DNA from: Escherichia phage U1G
Strand: one strand, 5' to 3'
Sequence record: NC_070872.1
Length of the DNA: 64,000 nt
Shown here: positions 1 through 10,070 of the stretch, one piece after another
Position numbering within the stretch: position 1 is the stretch's first letter
How the letters are laid out: the number at the start of each line of letters is the position of its first letter
Notes under the pieces: generated by a model
Databases searched by the model: none
Seen by the model: the letters and a program-made list of their open reading frames with translations, nothing else
Told to the model about the DNA's origin: nothing
Translations under genes and position numbers: made by a program

Positions 1-59
1 AAACGCCTGAAGCATTTAGGGGTGGATCTATCTGTACTACCTGAAGAAGAGGAAGAAGA

Positions 60-245
60 GTGAAATTAACCCAGTCCCAAATTATTTTCCTTCGCATGGT
101 TCAAGGTGGTTCTGCCACCAACAACCGTAATAACAAAACCGCACAGTCTCTTAAGAAACTGAGCTTAATACAGTTTAATGCTGGTCTTGGGTGGTCATTA
201 ACCCCTACCGGAGTACTTCAACTCAACGAGTTAAAAGGTAACTAA
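60..245 (+). CDS. hypothetical small protein
   Basis: ORF in track, 61 aa; no recognisable motif; weak. Confidence 0.2.
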   Translation: MKLTQSQIIFLRMVQGGSATNNRNNKTAQSLKKLSLIQFNAGLGWSLTPTGVLQLNELKGN

Positions 246-572
246 ATGAAAACTTTAATTGCTGTTGCTGTAGTAGCTTTATCAGTTCTGTCATTCAGTG
301 CTCAAGCATCAAGCCGTGAAACTCTGTTAGACGCTGCTGCCGACTACAAAGCCAATAATGCAAACTTTGTGAACCAGGGTTACTTCATGGGCATGGTTAC
401 TATGGGTGTAGAGTCAGGAAATAATTGTGTACCGGAGAATATGAAGTTAGGAGCCATATTTGACAGAGTAGCTTCTATTATCCTGTATGACCGAAAGGTT
501 AATGCAACGAAAAAACCGTCAGATATGATTCTGATGGCAATTGATACAGCATACCCATGTATTAAATCTTAA
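246..572 (+). CDS. hypothetical secreted/periplasmic protein
   Basis: N-terminal signal-peptide-like segment MKTLIAVAVVALSVLSFSAQA followed by polar mature region. Confidence 0.45.
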   Translation: MKTLIAVAVVALSVLSFSAQASSRETLLDAAADYKANNANFVNQGYFMGMVTMGVESGNNCVPENMKLGAIFDRVASIILYDRKVNATKKPSDMILMAIDTAYPCIKS

Positions 573-606
573 TTAGTAATTCCATTAACTTTAGGAGAGT
601 AAGTAA

Positions 607-927
607 ATGGCGAGCATTGACTCACTGACCGTATGTAATACACGTCAGGCCCGTAACTTTATTATCCGTGCCCTGCAAGCAGGTAACGTACCGTTCCTGA
701 CTTCATCACCAGGCATGGGTAAATCTGCAATTATTCGTTCTGTTGCAGAAGAATTTGGTATGAAGCTGATAGACCATCGTCTGTCTACTTCTGCCCCAGA
801 AGACTTGTCAGGCCTACCATTCCGTAATGGTGACCATGCAGAGTTTATTCCTTTCGCTGATTTATTCCCTATTGAAGGGGATGAAATACCAGAAGGGTAT
901 AATGGTTGGCTCTTGTTCCTTAACTAA
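607..927 (+). CDS. MoxR-like AAA+ ATPase, N-terminal part (exon 1)
   Basis: Walker A SSPGMGKSA; ORF ends GWLLFLN-stop exactly where Walker B hhhhDE is expected; the DEFNSA continuation is found at 1804 in the downstream ORF. Confidence 0.6.
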   Translation: MASIDSLTVCNTRQARNFIIRALQAGNVPFLTSSPGMGKSAIIRSVAEEFGMKLIDHRLSTSAPEDLSGLPFRNGDHAEFIPFADLFPIEGDEIPEGYNGWLLFLN

Positions 928-1802
928 CGGGGCTTCATGAGAGTAATCTCATGTCGAAAGTTACCTAAACAGGGAACCTCTTCTAATCTGGTTGGCTCAG
1001 GTGTATACTTGAGTTTTAATCAATTGGAGACAATCCTGTGCTAAATAATGAAATTTGGAAAGATGTGCCCGACTTACCGTATGAAGTTTCCAACTTTGGC
1101 GTAGTACGCCGAAAAGAAGGAAAGTATAAATACAAAAATAGGACACACATAAAACCGTATCTTAATAACAAAGGGTACTACTGCGTGAACCTGTACATGA
1201 ATAGTAAAGTGTACAAATACCAAGTTCACCGTCTAGTAGGGTTAGCCTTTGTACCAAACCCTAATAACTATCCTATCGTTAATCATATAGATGGAAACCC
1301 TCTTAATAACCACGAGAGTAACCTGGAATGGTGTACCCAGTCTCACAACATGAAACATGCTTGGGATACTGGACTGCAATCAAACAGGCACGCTAATGCT
1401 AGTAATAAGAATCGTGGAGGCTCATCCAAATACGTAGGTGTATCCTGGAGTGAGCAAAGACAAAGATGGTGTGCCCATATAAGGGTTAACAAGAAATCTA
1501 TTGGTTTGGGGCGTTACAAAACAGAGGAAGAAGCTGCCAAAGCCTATGACTCCTATGTAACTAATAACAATCTTATACAGATTGGATACAGTACCAATTT
1601 CATTTAAACGCCAAACGACTATCGAAAACACGCAGCAATGCGGAAGTGAGTAGAGTAGGGTGCAAGCCAATGGCACTCGAAACGGTAACAGCCCTAGTAA
1701 TAGGGCTTTGATATAGTCTCCTCTGCATGGTGACATGCAGCAGTCAGTATTCACTGAGTGTACTGACGGCATTAGTAGTTGCGAACTAATGTGAAGATAA
1801 TG
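922..1802 (+). mobile_element. putative group I intron carrying an HNH endonuclease ORF, interrupting the ATPase gene
   Basis: Walker B split across the insertion; T at last 5' exon position (920) and G at 1802 fit group I splice rules and restore LLFL-DEFN in frame; structured-looking flanks; boundaries approximate. Confidence 0.4.
1038..1607 (+). CDS. HNH homing endonuclease with AP2 DNA-binding domain
   Basis: HNH_3-like NHIDGNPLNNHESNLEWCTQSHN and AP2-like YVGVSWSEQRQRWCAHIRVNKKSIGLGRYKTEEEAAKAYD; GTG start after GGAG. Confidence 0.7.
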   Translation: MLNNEIWKDVPDLPYEVSNFGVVRRKEGKYKYKNRTHIKPYLNNKGYYCVNLYMNSKVYKYQVHRLVGLAFVPNPNNYPIVNHIDGNPLNNHESNLEWCTQSHNMKHAWDTGLQSNRHANASNKNRGGSSKYVGVSWSEQRQRWCAHIRVNKKSIGLGRYKTEEEAAKAYDSYVTNNNLIQIGYSTNFI

Positions 1803-2541
1803 CGATGAGTTCAACTCAGCCAGAAAAGAAGTAGTAGCTGCTGCATATAAACTCATACTAGACCGTATGACTGGTCAGAAAAAACTTCATCCTAATGTGA
1901 TGATTATATGTGCTGGTAACAAAGCTACTGACCGAGCCATTGTTAACCCACTGGGTACTGCAATGCAGTCTCGTGTTGTCCACTTTGAAATGGAACTTAA
2001 CTTCGACATCTTTGTTGAAGACGTGATGATTCCATTTGAATGGGATGAGCGTCTGGTTGCATTCTTACATGCTAACCCGGGTTATCTGCATGACTTCGAC
2101 CCAGCACATAAGAACAAAACGTTCTGTTGTCCCCGTACCTGGGACTTTGTTAACAAAGACCTCAAGAACCGTCCTGAAGGTGCTCTACCTGACGAAGATT
2201 CTATCTACTACGCAGGGCACGTTACTGCTGGTAAGGCTACAGAGTTTGTTCAGTTTACACAGGTGTACAATCGTATGATTACGATTGAGAAGGTAGTCAA
2301 AGACCCTCTGGGCTGTGCACTACCGGAAGATAACAACCTGTGCTGGGCTACCGTTAACCATTTGGCTAATAAAACTACTGAAGAAAACTTCTCTGATGTT
2401 CTTCAGTACATTGAACGATTTAAAACGTTCACTCATAAGATTCTGTACTTCCGTACAGTAGGCAGAGCATTGCCAGAACTTCAGGCTACCCCTGAATGGC
2501 GTAAGGCTGCTTCCAATATCTCTCGTTACATTCACGGATAA
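1803..2541 (+). CDS. MoxR-like AAA+ ATPase, C-terminal part (exon 2)
   Basis: Frame open from 1801 reads DEFNSARKEVVAAAYKLILDRMTGQ...VMIICAGN (Walker B and sensor region); ORF track starts it at 1867. Confidence 0.6.
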
Positions 2542-2548
2542 TCACAAC

Positions 2549-3052
2549 ATGAACCAGATACCTCAGCACACACTTAGTGATGAACAACTCATGCGTGAGT
2601 ATGACCGTATTCAGGCGCAGGCATTTCTCGGACGTAGTGCAGCATTTTTTGGTTCATTACTGTGTAGTCTTAAGTTCTCATGGAAACGTGAAGACTGCCC
2701 CACTGCATGTACTGATGGAATAGAACTCCATTTCAACCCAGACTTCTTTATCTGGATGTGTCCAGATGCAAGAGAAACAGTGCTAATGCACGAACTCTGG
2801 CATGTGGCATATCTGCATGGCATCCGTCGTGGAAGCCGTGACCCAGAGGTCTGGAACCAGGCATGTGACCACTTCATTAATCTTCAGTTAGAAGAAGATG
2901 GATATAAGTTCACTGGTATCGACAAAGGCATTTGCAAAGACCCTCAATACAAAGGGTGGGTCGAAGAAGACATCTACGATGACCTGATGAAGAACCCTCA
3001 GAAAAGGCAGAAGCCGTCAGGGGTGCTGGAGCAGGTCTTGCTGGTGACATGA
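2549..3052 (+). CDS. VWA-partner protein, N-terminal metallopeptidase-like domain (HExxH, DUF2201-like)
   Basis: HELWH motif; directly downstream of the MoxR ATPase; probably one gene with 3049..3723 (frame break). Confidence 0.5.
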   Translation: MNQIPQHTLSDEQLMREYDRIQAQAFLGRSAAFFGSLLCSLKFSWKREDCPTACTDGIELHFNPDFFIWMCPDARETVLMHELWHVAYLHGIRRGSRDPEVWNQACDHFINLQLEEDGYKFTGIDKGICKDPQYKGWVEEDIYDDLMKNPQKRQKPSGVLEQVLLVT

Positions 3053-3723
3053 AATCTCCCACTTCGGGGCAGTCCCAGGGTGCTGTCGTCAACAACGTAG
3101 TACGAGCAATGCAGAGCCAGAAAATGGCTGGTGGACAGATGCCCGGTAAGGGTGCTGGTCGTATGGAAGAGGTTATTACCCAATTCCTTAAACCAGTGGT
3201 TCCATGGCAGGAAGTCCTCATGAACTTCTTTACCGACATTGACGATACTCATTATACGTGGGCCAGACCTAACCGTCGTTTTACTGACATCTATCTACCT
3301 TCCATGGAAGATGATGAAGGACGCTTACGACACTTAGCCTACTTTGAAGATGTATCTGGTTCTATTAGTAGTGCAGATTCTCTGCGATTTAACTCAGAGG
3401 TTGCCTACGTTAAGAGCCAGTTCAATCCTAAGAAGATGTCCCTAATTACCTTCGACGATATTATTCAAGAAGAGATAGACATCACTGAAGAAGATACTTT
3501 TGAAGAGATTAAGATTACTGGTCGTGGTGGTACAAACCTGGAACCAGTACGTGATTGGATTATTAAGAATAAGCCAACCGCTGCAATCATATTCTCTGAT
3601 ATGTATGTTCGTCCTATGGAAGAATTACCATTTGATATTCCTATCATCTGGTGTGTTCTGAATAATCCCAATGCTACCGTACCTTTTGGGGAGGTAGTTC
3701 ATATCCCTAAAGGAATGAAATAA
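3049..3723 (+). CDS. von Willebrand factor A (VWA) domain protein, C-terminal part
   Basis: VWA-like fold signature; -1 frame is open back to 2983 through a Gly/Ala linker, suggesting fusion with 2549..3052. Confidence 0.5.
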   Translation: MKSPTSGQSQGAVVNNVVRAMQSQKMAGGQMPGKGAGRMEEVITQFLKPVVPWQEVLMNFFTDIDDTHYTWARPNRRFTDIYLPSMEDDEGRLRHLAYFEDVSGSISSADSLRFNSEVAYVKSQFNPKKMSLITFDDIIQEEIDITEEDTFEEIKITGRGGTNLEPVRDWIIKNKPTAAIIFSDMYVRPMEELPFDIPIIWCVLNNPNATVPFGEVVHIPKGMK

Positions 3724-4229
3724 TGGTTGTTAATGGTAATTCTCTATACTGTTCATCTCAGTTGCTGGATATCCCAGACCGCAAGATATCAGAGCACGGT
3801 GTAAGCTATGGATTGGGTGAAGCTGGTTACGATATTCGTATCAAACAAGATATTACCTTCTATCGCTTATTTGGGTTGATTCCAATGGTGAAGGTCGTTG
3901 ATGGAAACAAAGTATCACGCCATCTCGGTAAATTCACCTTGGCTTCAGCAATTGAGAAGTTCAACATGTCTCCGTCCTGCGTAGCCATCGTTCATGATAA
4001 GTCTACATGGGCAAGACGTGCATTATCAGTGTTCAATACCGTAATAGAACCAGGATGGAAAGGGTATCTTACCCTCGAACTGGTCTACCATGGTCGTAAG
4101 AAATTGCATATCCCGGCTGGTGCTGGGATAGCTCAAGTATTATTTCATCTGGTTCAGGAACCTGCTAATTACAATGGCAAGTATCAGAACCAGGAAGATA
4201 AACCAGTAGCTGCTAGAAGCAGTAAATAA
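3723..4229 (+). CDS. dCTP deaminase / dUTPase-fold protein
   Basis: Motifs GYDIR and IEPGWKGYLTLEL typical of the dCTP deaminase/dUTPase beta-barrel family. Confidence 0.5.
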   Translation: MVVNGNSLYCSSQLLDIPDRKISEHGVSYGLGEAGYDIRIKQDITFYRLFGLIPMVKVVDGNKVSRHLGKFTLASAIEKFNMSPSCVAIVHDKSTWARRALSVFNTVIEPGWKGYLTLELVYHGRKKLHIPAGAGIAQVLFHLVQEPANYNGKYQNQEDKPVAARSSK

Positions 4230-4238
4230 GGAAAACCC

Positions 4239-4448
4239 ATGTCAGTATTTCAAGTAACTCATGCAACCTCAGAAGTACGCTTAACTATTAATGCTGCAAA
4301 TGTAATTGCGGTGGAACAGATTCCACTGTCTGATTGTGCACGTATTGTATTTGTAAATGATAGTGCTATGGAAACCAAAGAAACCTATCGTTCAGTACGT
4401 AATTATCTGAAGAAAGCTCTTGCTCCTGCAAGTAAAGATGCTGAGTAA
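4239..4448 (+). CDS. hypothetical protein
   Basis: 69-aa ORF, tight spacing with neighbours. Confidence 0.35.
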   Translation: MSVFQVTHATSEVRLTINAANVIAVEQIPLSDCARIVFVNDSAMETKETYRSVRNYLKKALAPASKDAE

Positions 4449-4485
4449 GTAGCTGCCTAAATAGCCCAGCATAGTTGGGCTATTT

Positions 4486-4764
4486 GTGAAGAAACTAACT
4501 CAACCCCACATAGGAACCATCATGGAATCTTTAGCAGCAATCCTTGTTTTCTTATTCATATTAGCTGTATACCTCATCCCTACTATCATTGCTTTTGCAC
4601 GAGGCCATGCCTCCAAGTGGGGAATTGGTGTGCTCAATATTGTATTAGGCTGGTCTTTAGTCTTCTGGGTAGTAGCACTCATTTGGTCACTGTCCAACAA
4701 AGGTCAGAACCAAGTTACAAACGTAACTGTTGTTCAAACCAATGGTGGCAGTAAAGCGGAGTAA
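4486..4764 (+). CDS. Imm-like superinfection immunity membrane protein
   Basis: Two TM helices with motif IPTIIAFARGH...NIVLGWSLVFWVVALIWSL resembling the T4 Imm family. Confidence 0.5.
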   Translation: MKKLTQPHIGTIMESLAAILVFLFILAVYLIPTIIAFARGHASKWGIGVLNIVLGWSLVFWVVALIWSLSNKGQNQVTNVTVVQTNGGSKAE

Positions 4765-4872
4765 CTAACCTAAGCATCATTGCATAGTGGTGCTTGTGGA
4801 AGTTACTTCCAGCTCATTGCTTATCCATCTCCTAACCCAAGCCCACCTAACCCGTGGGCTTTTTTATTTACA

Positions 4873-5112
4873 GGTACTGTTATGTTTCAAAATAGACGAG
4901 GTAAATCAGTCCTACATGATATGGACTTTAGTAAGCTGGAAGAAAGGCTAATTGCACACGCAGGCATTCATGACTCAGTAGATGTTACTGTTTCTAAGGT
5001 TGAATTAAAGAATCTGGAGAATATGCTCTCCAAGATGAAACAAACATTAATTCATGGATGGTCAGGTAGGCAGGTATTTGTTGATACTTACATTCCCCGG
5101 AACCTCATCTGA
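4873..5112 (+). CDS. hypothetical protein (frame continues to 5279 after a single-base frame break)
   Basis: Likely start MFQNRRGK; -1 frame open from 5085 to 5279 reads as protein; C4 run at 5095..5098. Confidence 0.3.
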   Translation, partial: GTVMFQNRRGKSVLHDMDFSKLEERLIAHAGIHDSVDVTVSKVELKNLENMLSKMKQTLIHGWSGRQVFVDTYIPRNLI

Positions 5113-5278
5113 AATCTAAGGTAGACAGGATCATAGATAAGTTCTGGCTTAACCCATGCGGCGATGATACACAACTTTACCTGGCTCAAATACAAAAGAA
5201 TCCACGTACTAAGGATGTATTCAAAGGAAAGAGCACTACTCATCATTACCCCTGGTATAGAAGAGGTAGTAAATACTA

Positions 5279-5722
5279 ATGCGTATCCCATTCCTACGGA
5301 AAAGGGAACGAAATCCTATTCTTTATAATAAAGGCATAGAGGATGAGTATGAACTCAACCGTAAAGCTCGTTCCTACACAACAAAATTATTCATGGGGTC
5401 TAACAACCCTGATAGGTTATTGGACTTTGTTTTTGAGCAAGTCTTTATCATATACAGCTTAGCTATGTCTGCTGGTTCACAAGAAGTAAGTGATAAGGCA
5501 AGAGATGCTCTCTGTATGCTTCGTAGGGAGTATGAAGCCCTTATGTATGAAGACTTGTACTCCTTTAAAAAAGAAACCGCTGTAGCGTGCTCTGTGGCCC
5601 TTACCGAAGGTATAGCAGTATTACAGGAACTACCCCGTAGTGAGTTTAAGCTGGTATATGTTCAGGTTAAGAAGATTACAGAAAACCGTAGTGGTATCAC
5701 CAACTATCTAAGGTCATTCTAA
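5279..5722 (+). CDS. hypothetical protein
   Basis: 147-aa ORF; stop overlaps thyX start. Confidence 0.4.
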   Translation: MRIPFLRKRERNPILYNKGIEDEYELNRKARSYTTKLFMGSNNPDRLLDFVFEQVFIIYSLAMSAGSQEVSDKARDALCMLRREYEALMYEDLYSFKKETAVACSVALTEGIAVLQELPRSEFKLVYVQVKKITENRSGITNYLRSF

Positions 5723-6666
5723 TGATTAAGGCAACTGTCATTGCAGATTCCGTTCACCCAGAAACAGGAACTCGTATTACTACCTTTGAATTGGTTTATC
5801 CCCGATTCATTCACAGTGAGTTTATGACCCACCGAGTATTCAACCGTAATGCTTCAAGCAGTCGTGCTATTCCCACAGCTAAGTTCATCGAACAAGTTCG
5901 TAATGAACCAGTGATGCCAAGTCACTGGGGTAAGAACCAGAAAGGTATGCAAGCAGACGAAGAACTCACTCCCATGGAGATTGAGGATGCTAAGTTTATC
6001 TGGGATAACGCTGCATCTGCTGCTGCTGTGTATGCTGAACAGCTACGACGTGGGCAAGTACATAAGCAAATTGTTAACCGTATTCTGGAACCATTCACGC
6101 ATATTCGTGTGGTGGTAACTTCAACTAGCTGGGCTAACTTCTATGGCTTACGTGACCATGAGGATGCTCAACCGGAAATTCGTTTACTGGCTCAGGCCAT
6201 GAAGAAGGCTCATGAAGAATCTGTTCCGCAAAAGCTCAAGAAAGGTGACTGGCATCTGCCTTATATTCGCAGTGTTGATTGTGCTAATGCTTACAATCAT
6301 TGCAAATATCAACGAATTACTCGTGATGAGCCAAGTAATGAAGAAATTTTAGGCTTGCTGCTTAAAGTCTCTGCTGCTCGCTGTGCCCGTGCTTCTTATA
6401 ACAACTTCGAAGGTAAGCCATCTACTATCAGCGATGACCTTGACCTGTTTGCTAAGTTGGTAGAAAAACAACCAATTCATGCTTCACCTACTGAGCATCA
6501 GGCTACGCCTATGAACCTTGGTGAAAAGTACGTGAATAACATGAACCCAGTTACATGGGAACAAGGTGTTACATCCATGGATAAAGAAGGGAATCTGTAC
6601 TCAGGTAATCTGCTTCACTTTATTCAATTCCGTAAGTTAATCCCCGGTGAAACTATTACTGAATGA
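5722..6666 (+). CDS. thyX: flavin-dependent thymidylate synthase ThyX
   Basis: ThyX signature HRVFNRNASSSRA (RHR...S.R motif); length 314 aa. Confidence 0.7.
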   Translation: MIKATVIADSVHPETGTRITTFELVYPRFIHSEFMTHRVFNRNASSSRAIPTAKFIEQVRNEPVMPSHWGKNQKGMQADEELTPMEIEDAKFIWDNAASAAAVYAEQLRRGQVHKQIVNRILEPFTHIRVVVTSTSWANFYGLRDHEDAQPEIRLLAQAMKKAHEESVPQKLKKGDWHLPYIRSVDCANAYNHCKYQRITRDEPSNEEILGLLLKVSAARCARASYNNFEGKPSTISDDLDLFAKLVEKQPIHASPTEHQATPMNLGEKYVNNMNPVTWEQGVTSMDKEGNLYSGNLLHFIQFRKLIPGETITE

Positions 6667-6678
6667 TACAGTAAACCT

Positions 6679-6706
6679 AAGACCTCCTCCGGGAGGTCTT
6701 TTTTGG
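6679..6706 (+). terminator. rho-independent terminator after thyX
   Basis: 9-bp GC-rich stem aagacctcc / ggaggtctt, loop tccg, followed by a T-run. Confidence 0.55.
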
Positions 6707-6733
6707 TTTCAATTAACTCTTTTGGGAGGGCAT

Positions 6734-6946
6734 ATGCCTGCTAAATACCGTATCAAAGACACACCTGTAATGTGTGAGGGTGAGAAGGGTGACATTGTGT
6801 ATGCCTGTACCCAGGATGATTTCAATGCTGCTCTGATGTTAACCCAGATGACAAATACACTGCATGTATCAGTGACACTGGACCCTACCGGTGACTATCC
6901 ATGTTTCCCTATTCCTGCCCACAACCTGGAGCAAATTCATGATTAA
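6734..6946 (+). CDS. hypothetical protein
   Basis: ORF 6647..6946 in track; start moved to MPAKYRIK because the upstream part overlaps the terminator hairpin. Confidence 0.3.
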   Translation: MPAKYRIKDTPVMCEGEKGDIVYACTQDDFNAALMLTQMTNTLHVSVTLDPTGDYPCFPIPAHNLEQIHD

Positions 6947-7268
6947 TCCTGAAGTAATTCATAGTAAAACCGGTAAGGCTATTCCACTTAGTGAGATTGC
7001 AGTTACGGGTGATATTGCTGCTTGCCCTGCAAATATTGCTTCTCTATGTATGTGCATTGCTGCGCTGGCAGAGGAACGTAAGTTATGGCTGGAACCAAGT
7101 AAAGAAATGATCCAAGCCGGTTTGTCTGAAGTACAACGTATACTTGATGAATGGGATGATGAAGGTCACATTCAATTAGGGCACGGTAATGATCCAGTTA
7201 GTGATGACCAAGCAGCAGACCTGGCTGTATTCGTACTACAAGCAATGGCGGAGAAACGAAATGGCTAA
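6939..7268 (+). CDS. hypothetical protein
   Basis: ATGATTAA stop/start overlap with the previous ORF; MINPEVIH start. Confidence 0.35.
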   Translation: MINPEVIHSKTGKAIPLSEIAVTGDIAACPANIASLCMCIAALAEERKLWLEPSKEMIQAGLSEVQRILDEWDDEGHIQLGHGNDPVSDDQAADLAVFVLQAMAEKRNG

Positions 7269-7455
7269 CGCTACAGTAAAAAGCAAAAACCAATACTCCA
7301 TCACTATTGATGGTCTATCTAAAGAAGATTTACTAATTCTGGCTAGTTTTATGCAAAACAGTCCTTTTGGTTACAATCCTCATGAAGAACCAGAAAAAGA
7401 ACGGGAATTGCGTAAAGAAATCTTTGAAGCCTGTAAATCAGCATTAGATTCTTAA
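7261..7455 (+). CDS. hypothetical small protein
   Basis: MANATVKSK start overlapping the previous stop. Confidence 0.3.
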   Translation: MANATVKSKNQYSITIDGLSKEDLLILASFMQNSPFGYNPHEEPEKERELRKEIFEACKSALDS

Positions 7456-7498
7456 TAGTCATAACCAAGAAGCAACATTTAATCTGGAGAGTAAATAA

Positions 7499-10066
7499 AT
7501 GTTAGTTGCAGATACCAATGAAGTAGCTACCTCAGCGACACTGGGTGGCAAAGAAACAATTGCCTTTGGCATCTCTGATGACCCGGCATTCTTTCATGTA
7601 CTAAGTACTTCCTTGTATAACAATCCTACTTTAGCAGTAGTCCGTGAGACTATCTGTAACAGTTGGGATGCTCATATTGAAGCAGGTAAGACTGATACTC
7701 CTATTCGTATTACTATTGATACAGACAACTTTATTACCTTCCGTGACTTCGGTAACGGTATCCCTGATGAACTCATTGGCTCCATTTATGGTGTCTATGG
7801 TGCATCTACTAAGAAATCCAACAGTAGTGCTACTGGTGGTTTTGGTCTGGGATGTAAATCCCCATTCGCTTATACGGACAGCTTCCAGGTTACTTCATGG
7901 AACCTGGGAAAGATGTCGGTATATAACATAGCTAAAGCTGCGATTGAGAATGATGGTAAGCCTGGAATTGTTCCTATTGTTACTAATATTCCTACTGAGG
8001 AATCTGGGCTGGAAGTTAAATTCCAGTTAGGCAAGCATGATGTAAATACCTTTGTACATTACATCACATCAATAGTATTTAACGGTGAGATTAAAGCTGA
8101 ACTTAGTATCCCTAAACTCGTTAAAACGGAAGAAGGTAATAGTATTCAGCAAGGTGACTACACTCTACTGAATACACTGGGCATGTCATTTGAACCTGGT
8201 TCCTATGATATGTCCGATAGCTGGTATCAAGGCTATATGGGTAACAGTAATCTATTTGTTCGTTACGGTAACGTAATGTACCCAATAGTATCTAGCCCAG
8301 CTAGTGAAGAGGCTGTTGGTCTTATTCTCAACTTCATGAATATCATTGGTGCTGATAATTTAGTAGTTCAGGCTGCACCAGATACACTAGCTATTGCTCC
8401 TAGTCGAGAAACACTGTCTAACCAGAAGTTAACCGACGATGGTATTACTACTCTATGTGTAGATTTAGTAGACCGTATGGAGAAGGAAATTAAGGCTAAG
8501 ATTCCTGAAGCTATTAAGCAGGTTGAGGAATATGCTTCTAAATCCTCTACCCGCTTTTGGGAATATCCACCTTTCCTGCTTGCTGTTACAGACAGAATCG
8601 TTCAACGTTATATGTCCTCTAGTTTGTGGGCTAAGCAACGTAAGCATCACATCAAGCATTGGCGTAATCTATCCAATAAAGCATTATTAGCTCGTCCTGA
8701 ATATACAGGTCTTAAGAAGCTGTATGGTAAGGCTATGCGTGCTCTTAAGGATACTCGCGAAGAAAGTACATACTCCCCATTCCATGAATTAGTATATCGT
8801 CATCTACACTTACCTCAGCTTGCTGCTTTAAAAGCTACTGGTATTAAGTGGTCTGGTTACATAGTGAACCAGGGTAACAGTGTTGACTTGGAGAAGGGTA
8901 AACTCGCTGACTACTTTAGGATATTCCATAACTCTCATCAGAGTATTGGCATATTCACTACCAAGAACGTTGTAGTTACCCGACGTTTATCTGATTGTGC
9001 AGACTCTTTCTCATACTTCCCAGAATACAACCGAGGTGACCTGGAGCGTACAGCTTTTGTTCACTTAGTTGGTCCTAAGAAGGGTGCAGCAGAAGAAGCT
9101 TTAGCTAAGTTCACTGCTATGGGTTATCGGGTGATTGACCTTACTCAATATAATGAGTGGGACAAACCAACCAACTACCGCAGAGAGCAGGCTAAGATAG
9201 CTGCTGAGAAACGGGCTAAGACAATAGCTGCCAATAAAACCAAAGCAGGGGGTAAAACTAATGCTCTGATTTCATTGAATGCAGTTCTTGGTACTACTCC
9301 TGTACGTAATAAAAACGGTGATTGGGAATCTAAGCCGTATATTCAGAAGGAGTTTGCTGACCCAAGTCGTCATGAAAAGTATGGTTTCGTTGAAGTAGAG
9401 CATCCTAAGTACTATGTACTGGCTAATCAGGTTGGTTCTGGTAGTCCATTAACTGCCAGAATTGGAACCATGTGGAAATGGTATGAGCTATCTGATGAGA
9501 TGAAAGAAGATACTGTTGTCTGTCGCAATCAAATCGAAGCTAATAAGGCCAAACGACGAGGTGCTATCCACATTGATGATGTTCGCTTTAATGAGTTGAT
9601 GTCTGTTATTACCAGTAAGGACTTCAAGAAATATGTTACTGAACATCGCATCGGTATTCTGGAATACATAGGACTGGATGACAGAGAGTATTGGGAAATC
9701 CTTGGCATACTGGGTCTAACGTTCAAACCATTACAGAATCTGATTTTTAAACCAGAGTATGAATGGGCATACGACTTTCTACGGAATAGACCACATGACA
9801 ACAAAGAAAAACTTGTTGAAATGGGTTGCATTAAGTCAGTAGATGACCTAGAGCCATATATAGTGATGACTAATCCACGTAACCATAAGTACTTTGAAAT
9901 ACTTAATGGTTACAAAGAATTATTCAGCTATAGCTGGGATAAAAATGACATCTTACAGACGCTGGACTTGGGCAGTTTGGTCAAACACCTTAAGAAGAAT
10001 CCAGAGGATATTCCTGGGTTTAAGTCCCTCTACCGTAATCGTCTAAATAAACTGAAAGGTAACTAA
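7499..10066 (+). CDS. rIIA: rIIA-like protein (GHKL/HATPase-like N-terminal domain)
   Basis: 855 aa; GHKL-type motifs ETICNSWDA and FRDFGNGIP...GGFGLG; position and size match rIIA of N4-like and T4-like phages. Confidence 0.55.
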   Translation: MLVADTNEVATSATLGGKETIAFGISDDPAFFHVLSTSLYNNPTLAVVRETICNSWDAHIEAGKTDTPIRITIDTDNFITFRDFGNGIPDELIGSIYGVYGASTKKSNSSATGGFGLGCKSPFAYTDSFQVTSWNLGKMSVYNIAKAAIENDGKPGIVPIVTNIPTEESGLEVKFQLGKHDVNTFVHYITSIVFNGEIKAELSIPKLVKTEEGNSIQQGDYTLLNTLGMSFEPGSYDMSDSWYQGYMGNSNLFVRYGNVMYPIVSSPASEEAVGLILNFMNIIGADNLVVQAAPDTLAIAPSRETLSNQKLTDDGITTLCVDLVDRMEKEIKAKIPEAIKQVEEYASKSSTRFWEYPPFLLAVTDRIVQRYMSSSLWAKQRKHHIKHWRNLSNKALLARPEYTGLKKLYGKAMRALKDTREESTYSPFHELVYRHLHLPQLAALKATGIKWSGYIVNQGNSVDLEKGKLADYFRIFHNSHQSIGIFTTKNVVVTRRLSDCADSFSYFPEYNRGDLERTAFVHLVGPKKGAAEEALAKFTAMGYRVIDLTQYNEWDKPTNYRREQAKIAAEKRAKTIAANKTKAGGKTNALISLNAVLGTTPVRNKNGDWESKPYIQKEFADPSRHEKYGFVEVEHPKYYVLANQVGSGSPLTARIGTMWKWYELSDEMKEDTVVCRNQIEANKAKRRGAIHIDDVRFNELMSVITSKDFKKYVTEHRIGILEYIGLDDREYWEILGILGLTFKPLQNLIFKPEYEWAYDFLRNRPHDNKEKLVEMGCIKSVDDLEPYIVMTNPRNHKYFEILNGYKELFSYSWDKNDILQTLDLGSLVKHLKKNPEDIPGFKSLYRNRLNKLKGN

Positions 10067-10070
10067 TCTG

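Noticed and set aside
1422-1856. 144-aa minus-strand ORF overlapping the HNH gene and intron
   Set aside because: Antisense to a well-supported HNH ORF and to structured intron sequence; Cys/Ser-rich low-complexity translation; no start context.
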